Origin: Harriotta raleighana
Lineage: Eukaryota
Direction: 5' to 3'
Assembly: GCA_050575255.1 (NCBI GenBank)
Contig: JBNZDD010013730.1
Span: 6,044,543-6,108,542, forward strand
DNA: 64,000 nucleotides
The notes beneath the pieces are model-generated. The model did no database searches, was not told where the DNA came from, and saw only the letters and a list, made by a program, of their open reading frames with translations. Below are positions 24,978 to 37,600 of this stretch, piece after piece (the stretch's first letter is position 1; every line of letters begins with the position of its first letter). The translations under genes and the position numbers were made by a program.

Positions 24978-26506
24978 TTCATATCAGTGCTTCAATTTTG
25001 ATATACCCCAACCTTCATTTATTTTAGAGACGCGTGTGCGTTTCTCAAATGTCCATACACAGCATGTTATGTATTGAATAACTGTCAAATGTACACTTTA
25101 AACGTGGATCTGACACCACCTAGACAAGGCAGTTTCAGAAGCAGGGCAATTAAATGCTGCAGCTTTGAATCACTCGGGGCTCAATCCCCAGTGAGCTGTC
25201 TTGATAAAGACTCACCCTGAACACCCAATTTAAGCATGTTTTCCACATTACAAACACATAATGAAACAACTGCTATTTTTAGCGAGCAGCATATGATAGA
25301 CCCTCATTCTGTAGCACTAAATCTCAGTCCTTCAATGTGGATATTATCATACATCAACTGCATGGCATTCGAGAATTAGCATGCGACCTACCACCAGAGA
25401 AAGAGCAAAATGGCTTACAACTATCTCTTCTCTACATTATTCTCCCTTTATATATAGTTTCACCAACAAAGTATACAGTATATCCAGCTTACAGTATGAG
25501 CTGTAAAGCGCGTGGTGGCGTTTCGACAGTGTGATAATCCACTGTATCAAATGCAAGAATTAGAGCCATCAATTGTTTCTTAAAATCAGCATCACATATC
25601 ATATAAAAAAGGATTTTTTCAAAAAAAACGCAAGGGACAGATGGCAGTAACGGGAAGTTTCACAAATGAATACTAGGGTCAACTTTAATGGTAAGTAATG
25701 CTAAACGATTAAACACTATTTATATACACAACAACAACTTTTGTTAATAGAGTATAAGACAGCAAGATCTTCGGGTTTGATATGAAGACGGGCAAGGTGG
25801 ACATCTGTTGCATTGCAAACCTTTATCGAGGGGCAATTTATGATGTCAGGGCTGTCCTTGTACTACACCCCGCAATGGAAATGGGGTCAGGCTTTGTGGA
25901 TGCAAGATCCCAGAGGGATACATTTCTATGTTCAGCGATTTAATTGCAGTGACTGCAATGAATTTGTAGAGTAATTGACAAATTTTACCCGTGGATACAG
26001 TAATCCACAGGAAAAACAAGTGACTTATTAACAGTTTTGAAGTGACTGGAAGAATCTTTCTAGCAATAAAAATAAGAATCAATTATGGGAGATTCTATGA
26101 AAAAGATTCTGGAACATGTCAAATCAAACTCCAGTTGCTTATTGCTGACAGTTTTACTGCCTTGTGGTATAACACCCAACTAATAAAGTACTTAAAAATA
26201 TTCAAACTTCTTCACTATATTTTTCTCACTTGATGGCATGTTGTTCAGTTTGGTGCTGGCTATCCTCGATTCCCTCATGTCACACGTCATATATAAATGT
26301 AAGAAGTTGAGAATTGGCAAGTTACTTGGCAGGTTTTATGTGGCATCAGCTGATTCAACTTTAGCAATACTCAATCAGGGATCCCCAAGAGTTGATTCTT
26401 GCCAACGTCTGCTCAATACTTTACAAAAATAGGTAAGCAGGATGCATGTGCCCAGTGCATTCCAGACAAGCGAAGGTGACATGCAAATGTGTTATGGATA
26501 TCAGTC

Positions 26507-26755
26507 TAGCTCATTTGGTAACTCTCTCACGTTTGAGCCAATAGACCCCGAGTTTGAGCTCATAGTCCAGGCTGACATTTCAATGCTAGGCAATGGGACT
26601 GCAGAAAATAGGCTAAGGTCCTATCTACCACTTCAAGGGGATGTTAAGGAACCAATTTTACTATTCAGAAAGAGAAGGAGTTCCTCCCTTCTCCTTGCCA
26701 ACAGTTCCGTCACATAAAATTGTGTCATTCAATCAGTTGTTTGTGGGCCATTGCT
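26507..26755 (+). mobile_element. Old Deu-domain SINE
   Basis: Head remnant TAGCTCATTTGGTAACTCTCTCAC, CATAGTCCAGGCTGACATTTCAATG, GATGTTAAGGAACC..ACTATTCAGAA and TTGTTTGTGGG. Confidence 0.65.
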
Positions 26756-27689
26756 AAATTTGATTAAAACTCTTTCTTTTGTTCCGGTAAGTGTTTTTCA
26801 CTTACCTATCAGGTGTTGATGCGAAAGGAAGGAACTTGCCTGGGGGTAAGGTTGATCATGGAGAAAGAAGCACCAAACTGAACCCAACAGCCTAAGGTAG
26901 ATGAATTAATACACATTTATGATTACTCAAGCATCTCTGTTGACTTAATCACTGATGTTCCTTTATTTCCTGCACACTGTTGAGTTTCTTCACCCAGTGA
27001 ATTCCTCTAATTATGTCTCAATGTAATCGTAATTATTTTCAAAAGTCTAAAGTGGAATCTGAAGATATCATTCTTTGTTTACGTTCAACACAGAAGAAGT
27101 GCAATGAATAATCAAATAACTCTTTAATTTTACATTAATCAATAATTATTATAACAGTTTATGTTGCTTAGCAAGGGCAAAGTAATTAAAAAATATAAGA
27201 TGTCAATATTCAACATCGTTAAAACAGATGAAGTTTGTAATTGCTTCATTTAAATTGCAACATTGCTTCAGCTAAAATAGAACTCCCAGCATAACCCTCT
27301 TCATTTAACTGATATTAATATTTAGGAGTTGTTTATTCAATAATAATTGTTTTACTTAGCCAGCATATTATAGTATGTTTTTGAAAAATATACATATATA
27401 TATATAAATTGAATAGCTGTAGTTTCCATTGTAATTTAACCTGACAAAAAATGATGCATAACAGAATTTTAAAAAAAGGTATTAAAATTAGTGAATAACT
27501 AATTGTGACACAGTGGGAAGCCATTTGAATCATTGCAGTAGTGTCAGTATTTGTTTCTCTAAAGACGCCACCTACCTATCCAAATCCCAATTCCCTGCTC
27601 CTTCTCCATTTCTTCTAGCGAATAATTACTGTATAATGGAACATCTCAAAATATTTTTCAAGCAATTACTATCAGATATAATGCTCCGA

Positions 27690-28017
27690 GATGCTACCCC
27701 AATGAAGGGCGCTATATGACTGCTAAATAAGCTCTCTGAGACACTACACTGTGTGAAGGGTGCTATATAAATGCAAGTTGCTGCATATATACTCTGGAAC
27801 ACTCTCTCTCAATCCCTCAGTCTTGAACCCCCACTCATCTTTTTCAAGTCCCGCCTGTAAACCTTCTTCTTCGACCATGTTTATGCCCACCAGTCCCTCC
27901 CCTCCCCCACCCCCATATATTTCTCCCCCTCCCCACCACCAATGCAGAGTCAGTCTCTGCCACTGTTGAGTGCTGTGAGACACTACCCAGTTATTTAAGT
28001 GCAAGTTATTGTTGTTG
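27690..28017 (+). mobile_element. Stacked degenerate L2 3' fragments
   Basis: Successive hairpin/GCTATA(TAAATGCAAGTTG) remnants around a C-rich L2-like 3' UTR. Confidence 0.55.
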
Positions 28018-29430
28018 TCAATGCCAATTGATGTTGTATGCTGTAGCTACCATTTCTGTCAGCATGATTCTGCAAACTGCCATGACAGGAATCATCAGTT
28101 AATCTGGAGCATTGTTGGACAGTGTACGGGGAAAAACTCCTTACACTTTCCAAAAATTGTCATGGGATCTTTAACGCAAGTGTTACATATTCATGTGAAC
28201 AGGACAACTCATTACATTCATAACTTTGATTTACTCAGTTACCAGGAGTCAAACTGTCATGTTTAAACAGCTCCTCAATATCCTTGTTCAAATATTAATG
28301 AATAAGAGGTCATCATTTTTAAGTCATCAGCAAAAAGAGACATTCCTCTCCGATTTTATGCTTATTATACAAGTCATGGTCTTAATATTCAAATTGCATG
28401 TCAAATATGGAAAAGTCAAGAGTTTCATAAATAAAATAACAGATTTATTGTAAAACTCTCACGATTAAAAGGTACAAGTTGCCATCTTAATCATTTGAAA
28501 ACCCATTTCAAGGATTTAATTGATTATTATTACATAATAACAATCCTTGCATTTGATATACAGTAGCACTTTTCATGTCTCTAAATGTTTATTTTGTGCA
28601 AGTTCGTATCTTGTGCGACTTTCAGAGTCCGTCAACAATCACAGTAGGGAAATGAGGCTGTGAGACTCAGGTAGTGTTTTTTTTGAAGGCAGGGGAAACA
28701 GGTGAGGGTTTCTATCAAAATATCTCTGACAGCAGTGTTTCTGATGGGTGTGCGCCTTCACAAAGCACAATGTGTCTGCGTAATGTAAAAGCTTTGCATT
28801 AGTTTTTCTTGATGGAAGAGGAAAACTTGGAAAAGTGGATTGTGCCCTCAAGATCCCTTTGAGAGCTAACATTCTGAACACAAGGCTATAAGTGTCAGTT
28901 TTATATTTAGTAAATAGCAGGTGAAAAGCAATTCATGCAAAAGGGTAACAGATTCCCTCGACCGAATCATGATTCCTTTCAAGTAACTGAAATAAATATA
29001 CGTTGACATAGGATTTTCCTTCTCCTATATTATTTTTACGTTTATTTGAATTTGTGTCGACTTTAAACAAATGATAGTATTACTGTAGTATCCTATATTT
29101 GCACTAGACACTTTGAATTATTTTACAGATTTGACAGCGAATATCATTCTGGCTATAAATTGAGGGCGAAACAAAATCTTTTGCATTCAGAGCTTCAAGC
29201 AAATTGACATTTTGGCCCTTTCTCTTAATTGTAGAAGTCAATTCATTGACTATTGCAAAGAGTTTGCACTAAAACACAGGCTCGGAACTGGTGGAAGATG
29301 CTAAACTAAATCTTAATTCAACTTAAAACATCTGAAACATGAAATAGGTATAAAAATGAATGCATTTATGCTCCAGTAAGAACAGCAAATAATGATAGTA
29401 CTGTAGTTGCAAAGCAGTCTTTAAAATCTA

Positions 29431-29611
29431 CCTGAACTGGCAGATGAGATTTTGGTTTCACATCGTATCTGAAGCACAGCACCTTTGATGATGCAGCCCT
29501 CCCCCAGCACTGCAATGGAATATCAGCCAAGACTACTAACTAAAGCAAGTCCCAATCTAAGTCTTGAACCCACAACTTTCCGACAAAGGTGAGAGTGCTA
29601 CCAACTGAGAC
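29431..29611 (-). mobile_element. Old Deu-domain SINE 5' half (tRNA head plus core)
   Basis: Reverse complement reads CTCAGTTGGTAGCACTCTCACC...GTTGTGGGTTCAAG...GCTGCATCATCAAAGGTGCTGTGCTTCAGATACGATGTGAAACC. Confidence 0.7.
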
Positions 29612-31563
29612 TTGCTGACTCTAAATAAGATTCAATCTAAAGTTTATTAAGTATTCAGCTCTGGTGGAAACACAGCACAATAATATTGTTTGAGAGCAAA
29701 AGGAAATGTTTTAGAAATTTAATATGTTACCATAAACTTTCAGGCAAAAATCTTTTCTTCTTTTGATGCAAATACTGTCCATATTAGTCCTGAGTTGGCA
29801 CTGCATTTTAATATATTTAATGAAGTAAATACAGAACAGTATTTTTATAGAATTATGCTTGGCAAGGAATTCATTTTTTTCAAGTTAACATTGAGTGCAA
29901 ATTTTGGATGGAAAAGTTGAATTCAAAGGAGGTATAAATGTAATGAAATAAAACTAATCCATCATTCAGGTTTCAAAGATAGTGCTGTAAACTGAATATA
30001 TGTTTGTTAGTGATCGCTGAGAAACATTCATGTTTAAAATCACTGCCTCAGGCATAAACAATAGCATTATGTTGAGCCTTGTCCCCCAGAGCATGACATC
30101 AGAGTTTTATACTAATTTGCATCCTTGCAATGGCTATAATTATCACTTGGTCTACTGACTCCAGAATTTCAAAGTTATTATGATTATGACAATATCAAAA
30201 GAGCTACTAGCAGGTATCGTGTGTGAGACCCCAGCTTGCAAAACCACAAGCAATCTTCAGAATATTGCGCAACAGACAAAATTGTTTGATTATTCCATGC
30301 ATCAACAAAGTTCAGCCAGGGAAATATTGAAGGAGTGAACATTAAAAGTGATGACAAATTGAAAAACCCTAACCAATTTTGCTGTTTGTTATTTATTCCT
30401 CATTAAGCAAGTACAGTACTTTGGACTCAAGTGATACATGTTGCCTTGTTCACAAAACTGCAGCGACATTCTACATGATATGTTGCCTTACATCTGTTCC
30501 TTTCAATATCTGCCAAATACATCAAGGTACTATTCTCTATTTGCAACATAGTTCATCAAAATTGTAGAAATGCAGGCAAGAAAACAAACAATATTTCTCT
30601 GGAAATGACCAATATATCAACTTAAAATCATCATGTCTTTATTGGAAACAGGTTATTTATGTTGTTATTACTTTTGCATATTGTGTCATTGATTGCTGTC
30701 ATACAAATATCAGATTACACTTTGCAAGTTGAGATTTTGCACGTGTTGTCTGCTACGCAGCTGTTTGATTTTGTCATAATCACAATACTTCAGGAAACAC
30801 TGGGAACTATGGACTAGCTTTTTGTTTTTTCACCTTGCCTGTTTTTTTTTAAAAAAGCAAGATTTACAAGAAAGAAATTTGTGTTCATTATGATACAAGT
30901 TACAACCAATTACAATTACACGAAACACATGCTATCTACTGAGGCTGTTTCAAAAGAAAAGAGTAATACGGGCTGTACAAAATGTAATGGAAATCAAATG
31001 CCTTTACACTACACATTTGATGGTAACTGGCTGTGATTTTGGTAGAGCTTTACAGTCCAACGTATTGCACAAATAATACCTCTGACTGTGTGATTGCATA
31101 GGACAGCTGACATCACCACCACAAATATGGGAGGTTGAATGACACTGGGATTGCTTCCTCCTGCACCAAATCAAACTCCAGCACCTTGGAATGTTGAACT
31201 TTATTTTTAACCCAATTTGAAATAACTTTGAGGGAGCCTGATCCACAGCAATAAAGTATATACTGTATATATATAGAAATTAAATTAAACTCTTGCAAAA
31301 CATAGAACAAATGTGTGAAGTTTGTTATGGTCTTAAACATTTAATGTACCAGTCACTGGGGAAGGGATTTTACCCAATGAGCTCCTGTTAACCCTGCAGG
31401 CGGAGGCCCTAATAGATATGGTGGTTCTAGTTGGACGAGCAGCAGGAAAGCTTGCCAGACAGTGCTACCAACAGCTTGTGATTTTAGCTACCTGTAGTTA
31501 GACTCCAGCAATACTCCAATGCACACTCTGGAGACCCTAGTCTCTGGGCATTTAATACTCTCT

Positions 31564-31651
31564 GGAATTAGGTTAGCAGGATGTGTCCCTCCAGGGAAAG
31601 AGTACAGATTTAATTCCAATAAATCACTCGGGAATTTCCATGTATGGGTGG
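31564..31651 (+). repeat. Copy A of a diverged inverted repeat pair (partner 36661-36750)
   Basis: Exact 20-mer TTAGCAGGATGTGTCCCTCC and 12-mer GAATTTCCATGT shared with the reverse complement of 36661-36750; about 80% identity by eye. Confidence 0.85.
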
Positions 31652-31794
31652 TTTGAATGGTTTGGGTTAGATACTCCAGTAGGGATATGGGTTTCTGCAT
31701 TGTTTATGAGCTAAAAATAAAATGCCTGGAGTTCTGAATTTGCAATATTCATGGTGACCCCTTGATGAAACCATTAATTATGCTACCAAGGTAA

Positions 31795-32070
31795 TATCAA
31801 ACAAGATGATTTGGATAAAAAAATATCTTGGGCCAATTGAACTTGTGTTGACAGCCCGTAGGAGAGAGTGGTAAATTCACTGAATATATTCAGACAGTTC
31901 AAGAACTGGACTCAATTGAAGGTAAAAAAAAATGAACAGGACAATCTTAAATTACATAGACATTCAGAACTTAATTAGGTTCATAGTCAAACCTACTATT
32001 GAAGAAACAGACTGGAAGATTTAAATTTCAGTGATAATTAGCTGGACTGTGCCTAATCAAGCTGCTAAGT
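31795..32070 (+). mobile_element. Fossil CR1 LINE fragment
   Basis: CAAGATGATTTGGATAAAAAAATATCTTGGGCC translates as QDDLDKKISWA, resembling the CR1 RT motif LQxDLDrLxxWA; downstream sequence resembles a decayed CR1 3' end. Confidence 0.45.
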
Positions 32071-33090
32071 AATGTTTTCTACTGAATCCCCAAATATCCA
32101 TGAGCTTGGCCAAAGGCATTTTATATAGATCACTTCAAACTGCATTGGAACAGAGAAGGAAACAATCTACTTTTCTCTTCAGTGTATGTGTGTGTGAATA
32201 TTTTTTTCCCACTGTTGAAAGAGAAATAAGATGTAAGCTCATGAACATGGCTGTAAAGTGTCAAATATATTCCGCAGTTGGAAGAAGCAGATTAATTAAA
32301 ATTCATTGACAAAAAGGTGAACCATTTGTGACATGATTTTCCCTGGAGTGGGGAATAATGGGTTTTCCATCACCAGCACTTACTGAAAATCCACTCCCCG
32401 CTACAGACTGCATAGTCCATACCTCTGTGGCATTTAAAGTCAGCAGATTTTACATATTGTCCAGCTAGGTCTGCCAATCAAAGATAATACGAGTCTCTTT
32501 TTTGAAAGGGCTTTTAAAGAAAAAAAAGACTTTCCCAAAAGTACAATTGAGGTCCTGACCTGTTCAAAAGTAAGACTAACTTTGAAATGTACTGTCTCTA
32601 TCAGTAACACAAGGGGATGACTTTTTAATAATTAACTGGGTTGCTGATCTATTGAAGGGTCAGTCTCTCATTTCTTCTAGCTAGCAGCCAAGTACTTAGC
32701 ATCAGCCTAAAATTCAGAATGACTGCAACTAGTGGGTGGAAAGCCCGGTACCAATGGTGAGTACACTATTGGCAATTCCCTCAGCAAGAATCTTCTGATC
32801 ACGTGCAATTTTTTTATGAAGATAGGTTGTGTCTGCGTATTTTCTGTTTTAATTTATACTGTGCATTCATAAACTCAGTTCTTTACAAAAGAATGAGATC
32901 CAGTGTTCAATTCACATAGCAAGTAAGCTCACATTAAGAGAAAATGTTAGCATCGAACAGATATTTCGGAGTTAATTCGTTCTCTTGAGGCTCAATTTCA
33001 CCCCCTAAAAGCCAAAGGGCTTCATTTATATAATAAGATGCATGGCATTGTGGAGATCTAAAATAATCCGGTAGCTACTGGTCACATTAA

Positions 33091-33808
33091 ACAACAACAA
33101 CAACAACAACAAAATTACACTTATAGAGCGCGTTTCACGTCAGGAGGACGTCCCAAGGCGCTGGACAGATTGGTTCAGGACCCGAGCAAGGGAAAATGTT
33201 CAGGGCGAGGGGGGGGAAGGGTGGGAGCAAGGAGGGGGTAGAGACTCGAGAGGGGAGTTGAAGGCACGGTCGAAGAGAAAGGTCTTGAGACCGGCCTTGA
33301 AAGAGGAAAGGGAGGGAGCGAGGCGAAGGCACAGGGGGATGGAGTTCCAGAGCCTGGGGGCTGAGCGGCTGAAAGCCCGGCCGCCAATGGTAGGACGGTT
33401 AGGGCAAGGGCTGTGGAGCAGACCAGTGCCAGAGGAACGGAGGGTACGGGCAGGTAGATAGGGGGATAGTAGGTCGGAGAGGTAGGAGGGAGCAAGGCCG
33501 TGAATGGCCTTGTAGGTGAGGATGAGGATCTTGAATTCGATCCTCTGGGGGATGGGGAGCCAGTGGAGACGGGCGAGGGTGGGAGTGATGTGGTCTCGAA
33601 GCCTGGTGCGGGAGAGAACACGAGCTGCAGAGTTCTGGATGACCTGCAGCTTGTGGATGGAGGAGCCGGGAAGGCCTACAAGGAGAGAGTTCCCATAGTC
33701 CAGCCTTGAGGTGATGAAGGCGTGGACCAGTATCTCAGCAGCATGAGGGGTGAGGCAGTGTCGTAGTCTGGCGATGTTCCGCAGGTGGTGGAAGGCAACA
33801 GTCATCAT
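33091..33808 (-). mobile_element. Young L2 LINE, 5'-truncated; uninterrupted ORF2 C-terminus, 3' UTR, hairpin and (TTG)n tail
   Basis: ORF 33200-33808: [11 protein letters not shown]...[15 protein letters not shown]...QNSAARVL...[23 protein letters not shown]...[14 protein letters not shown]...[10 protein letters not shown] with no stops; many CpGs retained. Confidence 0.96.
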
Positions 33809-33934
33809 AATGTAAAAGTGGCATGATCTTAGTTACCATTTATAAAATTGTTTCGGTATAATGAAAATGATACACCTGAGGTTACACCATTTAAAAGCAA
33901 AGTGCTAAATCTAAAATAAATTGTGTGTTAATCT

Positions 33935-34322
33935 GGTTCAGTTTATAGCACTATAGCCTCTTCGTCAGAAGGTGGTGGGGAACAATTCCTACATCAAGCC
34001 TTTGAATTCATAGTCTGACATTTCAGTGCAGAATTGTGAGTATGTGCCATCTTTCAGATGGGACGTTAAACCATGTGTGTGTTCACTAATAATTATATGA
34101 CAGTATTTTAAAAATCAAAAAGGTTTCTCCTGGCGTCCTATCCACCCTCCCAACATCCATGCCACTTCCAAAAAAAATAACATTGGAAATTCACTTCACG
34201 ACTGTTTGTGGGATGTTAATATGGTACAATAAAGTGTCACTGAAATTTACAGTAAATCCCGTGAAGTACTTTAAAAATCGTCCTCATGTAAAATACAATA
34301 TATCAAAACATAGGAAATTATT
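33935..34322 (+). mobile_element. Old Deu-domain SINE, near full length
   Basis: GTCAGAAGGTGGTGGG head remnant, GTGCCATCTTTCAGATGGGACGTTAAACC core, ACTGTTTGTGGGA, and a decayed hairpin and tail. Confidence 0.7.
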
Positions 34323-34433
34323 ATAAAGTCTTGGCCATTTGTTTGTGTACAGAATAGGAATATCCATACAGGGAATAATATCGTTACAAAAATAACTGTT
34401 GGAAAACTCCACTTCTTCTCGACGCTGATATAT

Positions 34434-34736
34434 ATAGCTCAATGGTTACCGCACTCGCCTTACAAGCGAGAGACCTGGGTTCAATTCCAGGCAGGGCGAA
34501 ACTTTGGGCAAGTTTCCTTACTCCACATCCCTAACAAAAATTTCTCAGAAAAACAATAATAAATCGATCATTTCAATCCGTGATTATTTGTGGGACATGG
34601 CTATGCACAATTGGCTGCTGAGTTTCACCCACAAATAAACAGTCAATTTACTTTACAGTATATTCCAGAAAATGCTTTGAGACGTCTAGAAGATATGAAA
34701 AGTGTTATATCAAATGTAAGGATTATTATTATTATT
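34434..34736 (+). mobile_element. Young tRNA-derived SINE
   Basis: A and B boxes, perfect anticodon-like arm CTCGC-CTTACAA-GCGAG (34454-34470), core, hairpin and (TTA)n tail. Confidence 0.92.
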
Positions 34737-36660
34737 TACATTAGAATACAGATTAAAATTCTAGAAAAGAGAGAAGAAAAGATTTGATCAAACTAATTGA
34801 CCTTTTCACTAGAGACACTTTGAATTTTTTACATAGTGTCCACAATACATTTGATCAGTAGAAGGGAGGGAGAGGCAAGTAACTTAGTATAATATTCATA
34901 ACTATGTGAATATTAATTTTCATTGCAAAATTATGAAACTACCAAAGTAGTACAACATATAATTAATATTGCATTTCATGCGGATATTCCACAGTGTATT
35001 TTGGAATAAACATCAACTGCTGAAACAGTTTGAAGACCTCACCTCTATAATCAAATCTATAATGTGGTGTTTCCCTAACTTTTATCTCTGTGTCAGAAAT
35101 AAAAGACAAAAGGAGGAAGAAATGGACTGGACTACTCATTACTAAACTCCACGCAGTGCCAGATGACTTGGCAATTTCCACTTGCTGTGACCAAAAGTCA
35201 TCAATCCAGCAACAAAGTAGGCTAATCAGCATGTAAACAGCGAGAGACAGCAGAAAAGGGGATTCATCACTGGTTCCTGCTGATGCCCATGAAATTAGAG
35301 TGGTTCTTGCTATTATCATAAGGATGGGCATCAAACAGCTCCCTTGTGCTTTGCTGTATTACAGCCAAGATACAGCATTCCACTGTAAATGAATATCTTC
35401 AACTGTGCCCAGAGAATCAATTCAGAAAAATTTACCAGCATTTTTAATTTACAAAACACAAACACGTCAGATAAATCACATTGTAATTACAATATTTCAT
35501 ATACAGGTTGAACTCTAGCAGACATGACATGCAACATCTTCGGTAATTGTGTCCTTGGTATAGATTAAGGCACATTCTCTGACAGTACTTCAAGGGTGAA
35601 GTCCAATAAAACCAGAATCAGGTCTTAGTGCCAACTGTGTCAAGCTGAAACATGGACAGACAGAGATAGTAAGAAGGAATGGTGCAACACAGGGTGAATT
35701 TTCATTCCACTTTACTGAATGTCATAATCAGCACGTATGATTCGATCAGTTTTTCAGATATCTTATCTTGATGAAGCACCTGGAAAAAGAAAATCCCAGG
35801 CAACAACTCACATCAAGTGTAAACATTTTTCAGCTGAAGCCAATAATACGATGTTCAAGCAGCAAAGGGATTAGTAAAGAACCCTTCTGGAAGAAGCTAT
35901 TAATTAAAGATCTCAAGATAAAATACACTAGTCACATGTGTGGTCTGGGAACTGTAGAGATAGGTTTTGTGTTTCCACACCAGTTGCTGTCATAATTATT
36001 CAGCTGCAAGGAGTTGGACTAGTTTCCTAATAGCTCTTTGTCTCCAGAATTATACTAATAGGTGAGTAGGCGCATGATTCCGGTCCTACTAAAATGTAAG
36101 CAGGGGATCATTTTCCACACAGTGGAGAATGGTAAATTTTTAAAATGTGTTTGACGTTTTACACATAAAAAATACATCTCAAGTCACAGAGCATAAAGGA
36201 AATTATACTAGCTCTATGACTCATTATTCAATCATGTTTTACTTGAGACAGAGCCAGCCCTGTGAATTTAATACTTATATCCCATTAAGTGATTTTAAAG
36301 ATGATACTCTATTAAATCACCCAATGTGCTAATAAAAACTCCACATTATAATTAAAAGCACAATTACAATTCAACAGTTGAAATGCTATTTAAGCGTATG
36401 CAAAATAATGATCAACAATACACCAGAATATAATACCTGCAGTAAAATATCAAATCAGAGACTAACTAACTCAGCGTCATCTGCATTCAATGGAATATTT
36501 ATCAAACCACACATTTAACCTTTCATATTCCTCTACATTCATCTACCACTAGTCAAGGTATCCTGAAACCAGATTTTTGGGGTCAGCCGGATGTCTGACA
36601 CAACTGGAAACCCATCACTATGTTTAAGAATATCCAATGCAAATTGTGAATTCCATGCAT

Positions 36661-36750
36661 CCCACGTACACATGGAAATTCGAGAGATGAATTGTTGGAA
36701 TAGAATGTGCACTCTCTCCCCGGAGGGACACATCCTGCTAAATTAATTCC
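36661..36750 (-). repeat. Copy B of the diverged inverted repeat pair (partner 31564-31651)
   Basis: Reverse complement GGAATTAATTTAGCAGGATGTGTCCCTCCGGGGAGAGAGTGCACATTCTATTCCAAC... aligns to 31564 onward. Confidence 0.85.
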
Positions 36751-36760
36751 TGAATGTATT

Positions 36761-36960
36761 AATAATAATAATCCTTAATAATCATCCTTGTATTTGATAT
36801 AGTGCTTTTCACGTCTTCTAGATGTCTCAAAGCACTTCACAGAATACAAGAACAACAACAAAATTACATTTAGGGTACCTTTCACGTCAGGAGGATGTCC
36901 TAAGGCACTGGACACTCGCGTTGGGACCCGAGCAAGAGAGAGGGGCAGGGTAGAGGGGAG
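36761..36960 (-). mobile_element. SINE 3' end (36761-36847) abutting L2 3' end (36848-36960)
   Basis: Two different hairpin-plus-tail units in tandem on the minus strand. Confidence 0.85.
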
Positions 36961-37334
36961 TAATAAATGGTATAATCATTTTCAACATAACCCCAAAAAC
37001 TACCAAGAAAGCTATTAGAAATGCAGTGAACTTACAAAGATTTTGATCAGGGTTCAAAATTCCTGATACATCTTGGTTATAATTTCCCATCAGTAATACA
37101 TTTTCATATTATTAGATATACAGTATTGGATTAAATACGCTGTTTTTCCTAATTTCTCCTGTTTTTCCTTCAATAATTCAGTGTACTATAGGAAATTAAA
37201 TTCAAGTTTCATCCAGTGGTTGTGTGTAAACCAAAGAAAGACAAACTATAATCTTTGCATGTCAGCAGTAAGTGCTGTGAATGTGAATGGTCGTGACTAT
37301 GTATTTTGAAGGCAAGCCAATTTTTCATGAAGTT

Positions 37335-37600
37335 TATCGGAAAGTGGGAGTTGGTTGGCCAGAAACTCCTCTCACTCATTGAATAATGATATGGGATTCT
37401 TAACGGCCCACTCAACAAGCACCCATGATTTTATTGTCTCATCCAAAGTATGGTACCTCTAACAATCCAATACTTCCCCCCAGCCCTAAAATGGAGTATT
37501 GCCTGATAATAATGTGAGTTCAAAGTCCTTGTGAGGGGTTTGAACCCCCCAATCAATTGACACAGTGGCAAGAAAACTATCAAAGGAACTAGGCTGAGTT
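37335..37600 (-). mobile_element. Old Deu-domain SINE
   Basis: TTGAATAATGATATGGGATTCTTAACGGCCCAC...GTCTCATCCAAAGTATGGTACCTC...GGGGTTTGAACCC are reverse complements of the Deu core and B box. Confidence 0.65.

Noticed and set aside
34963-35334. 123-aa hydrophobic ORF, and similar ORFs at 58009-58440 and 62976-63428
   Set aside because: No recognisable homology or splice structure; the last lies largely in a SINE.
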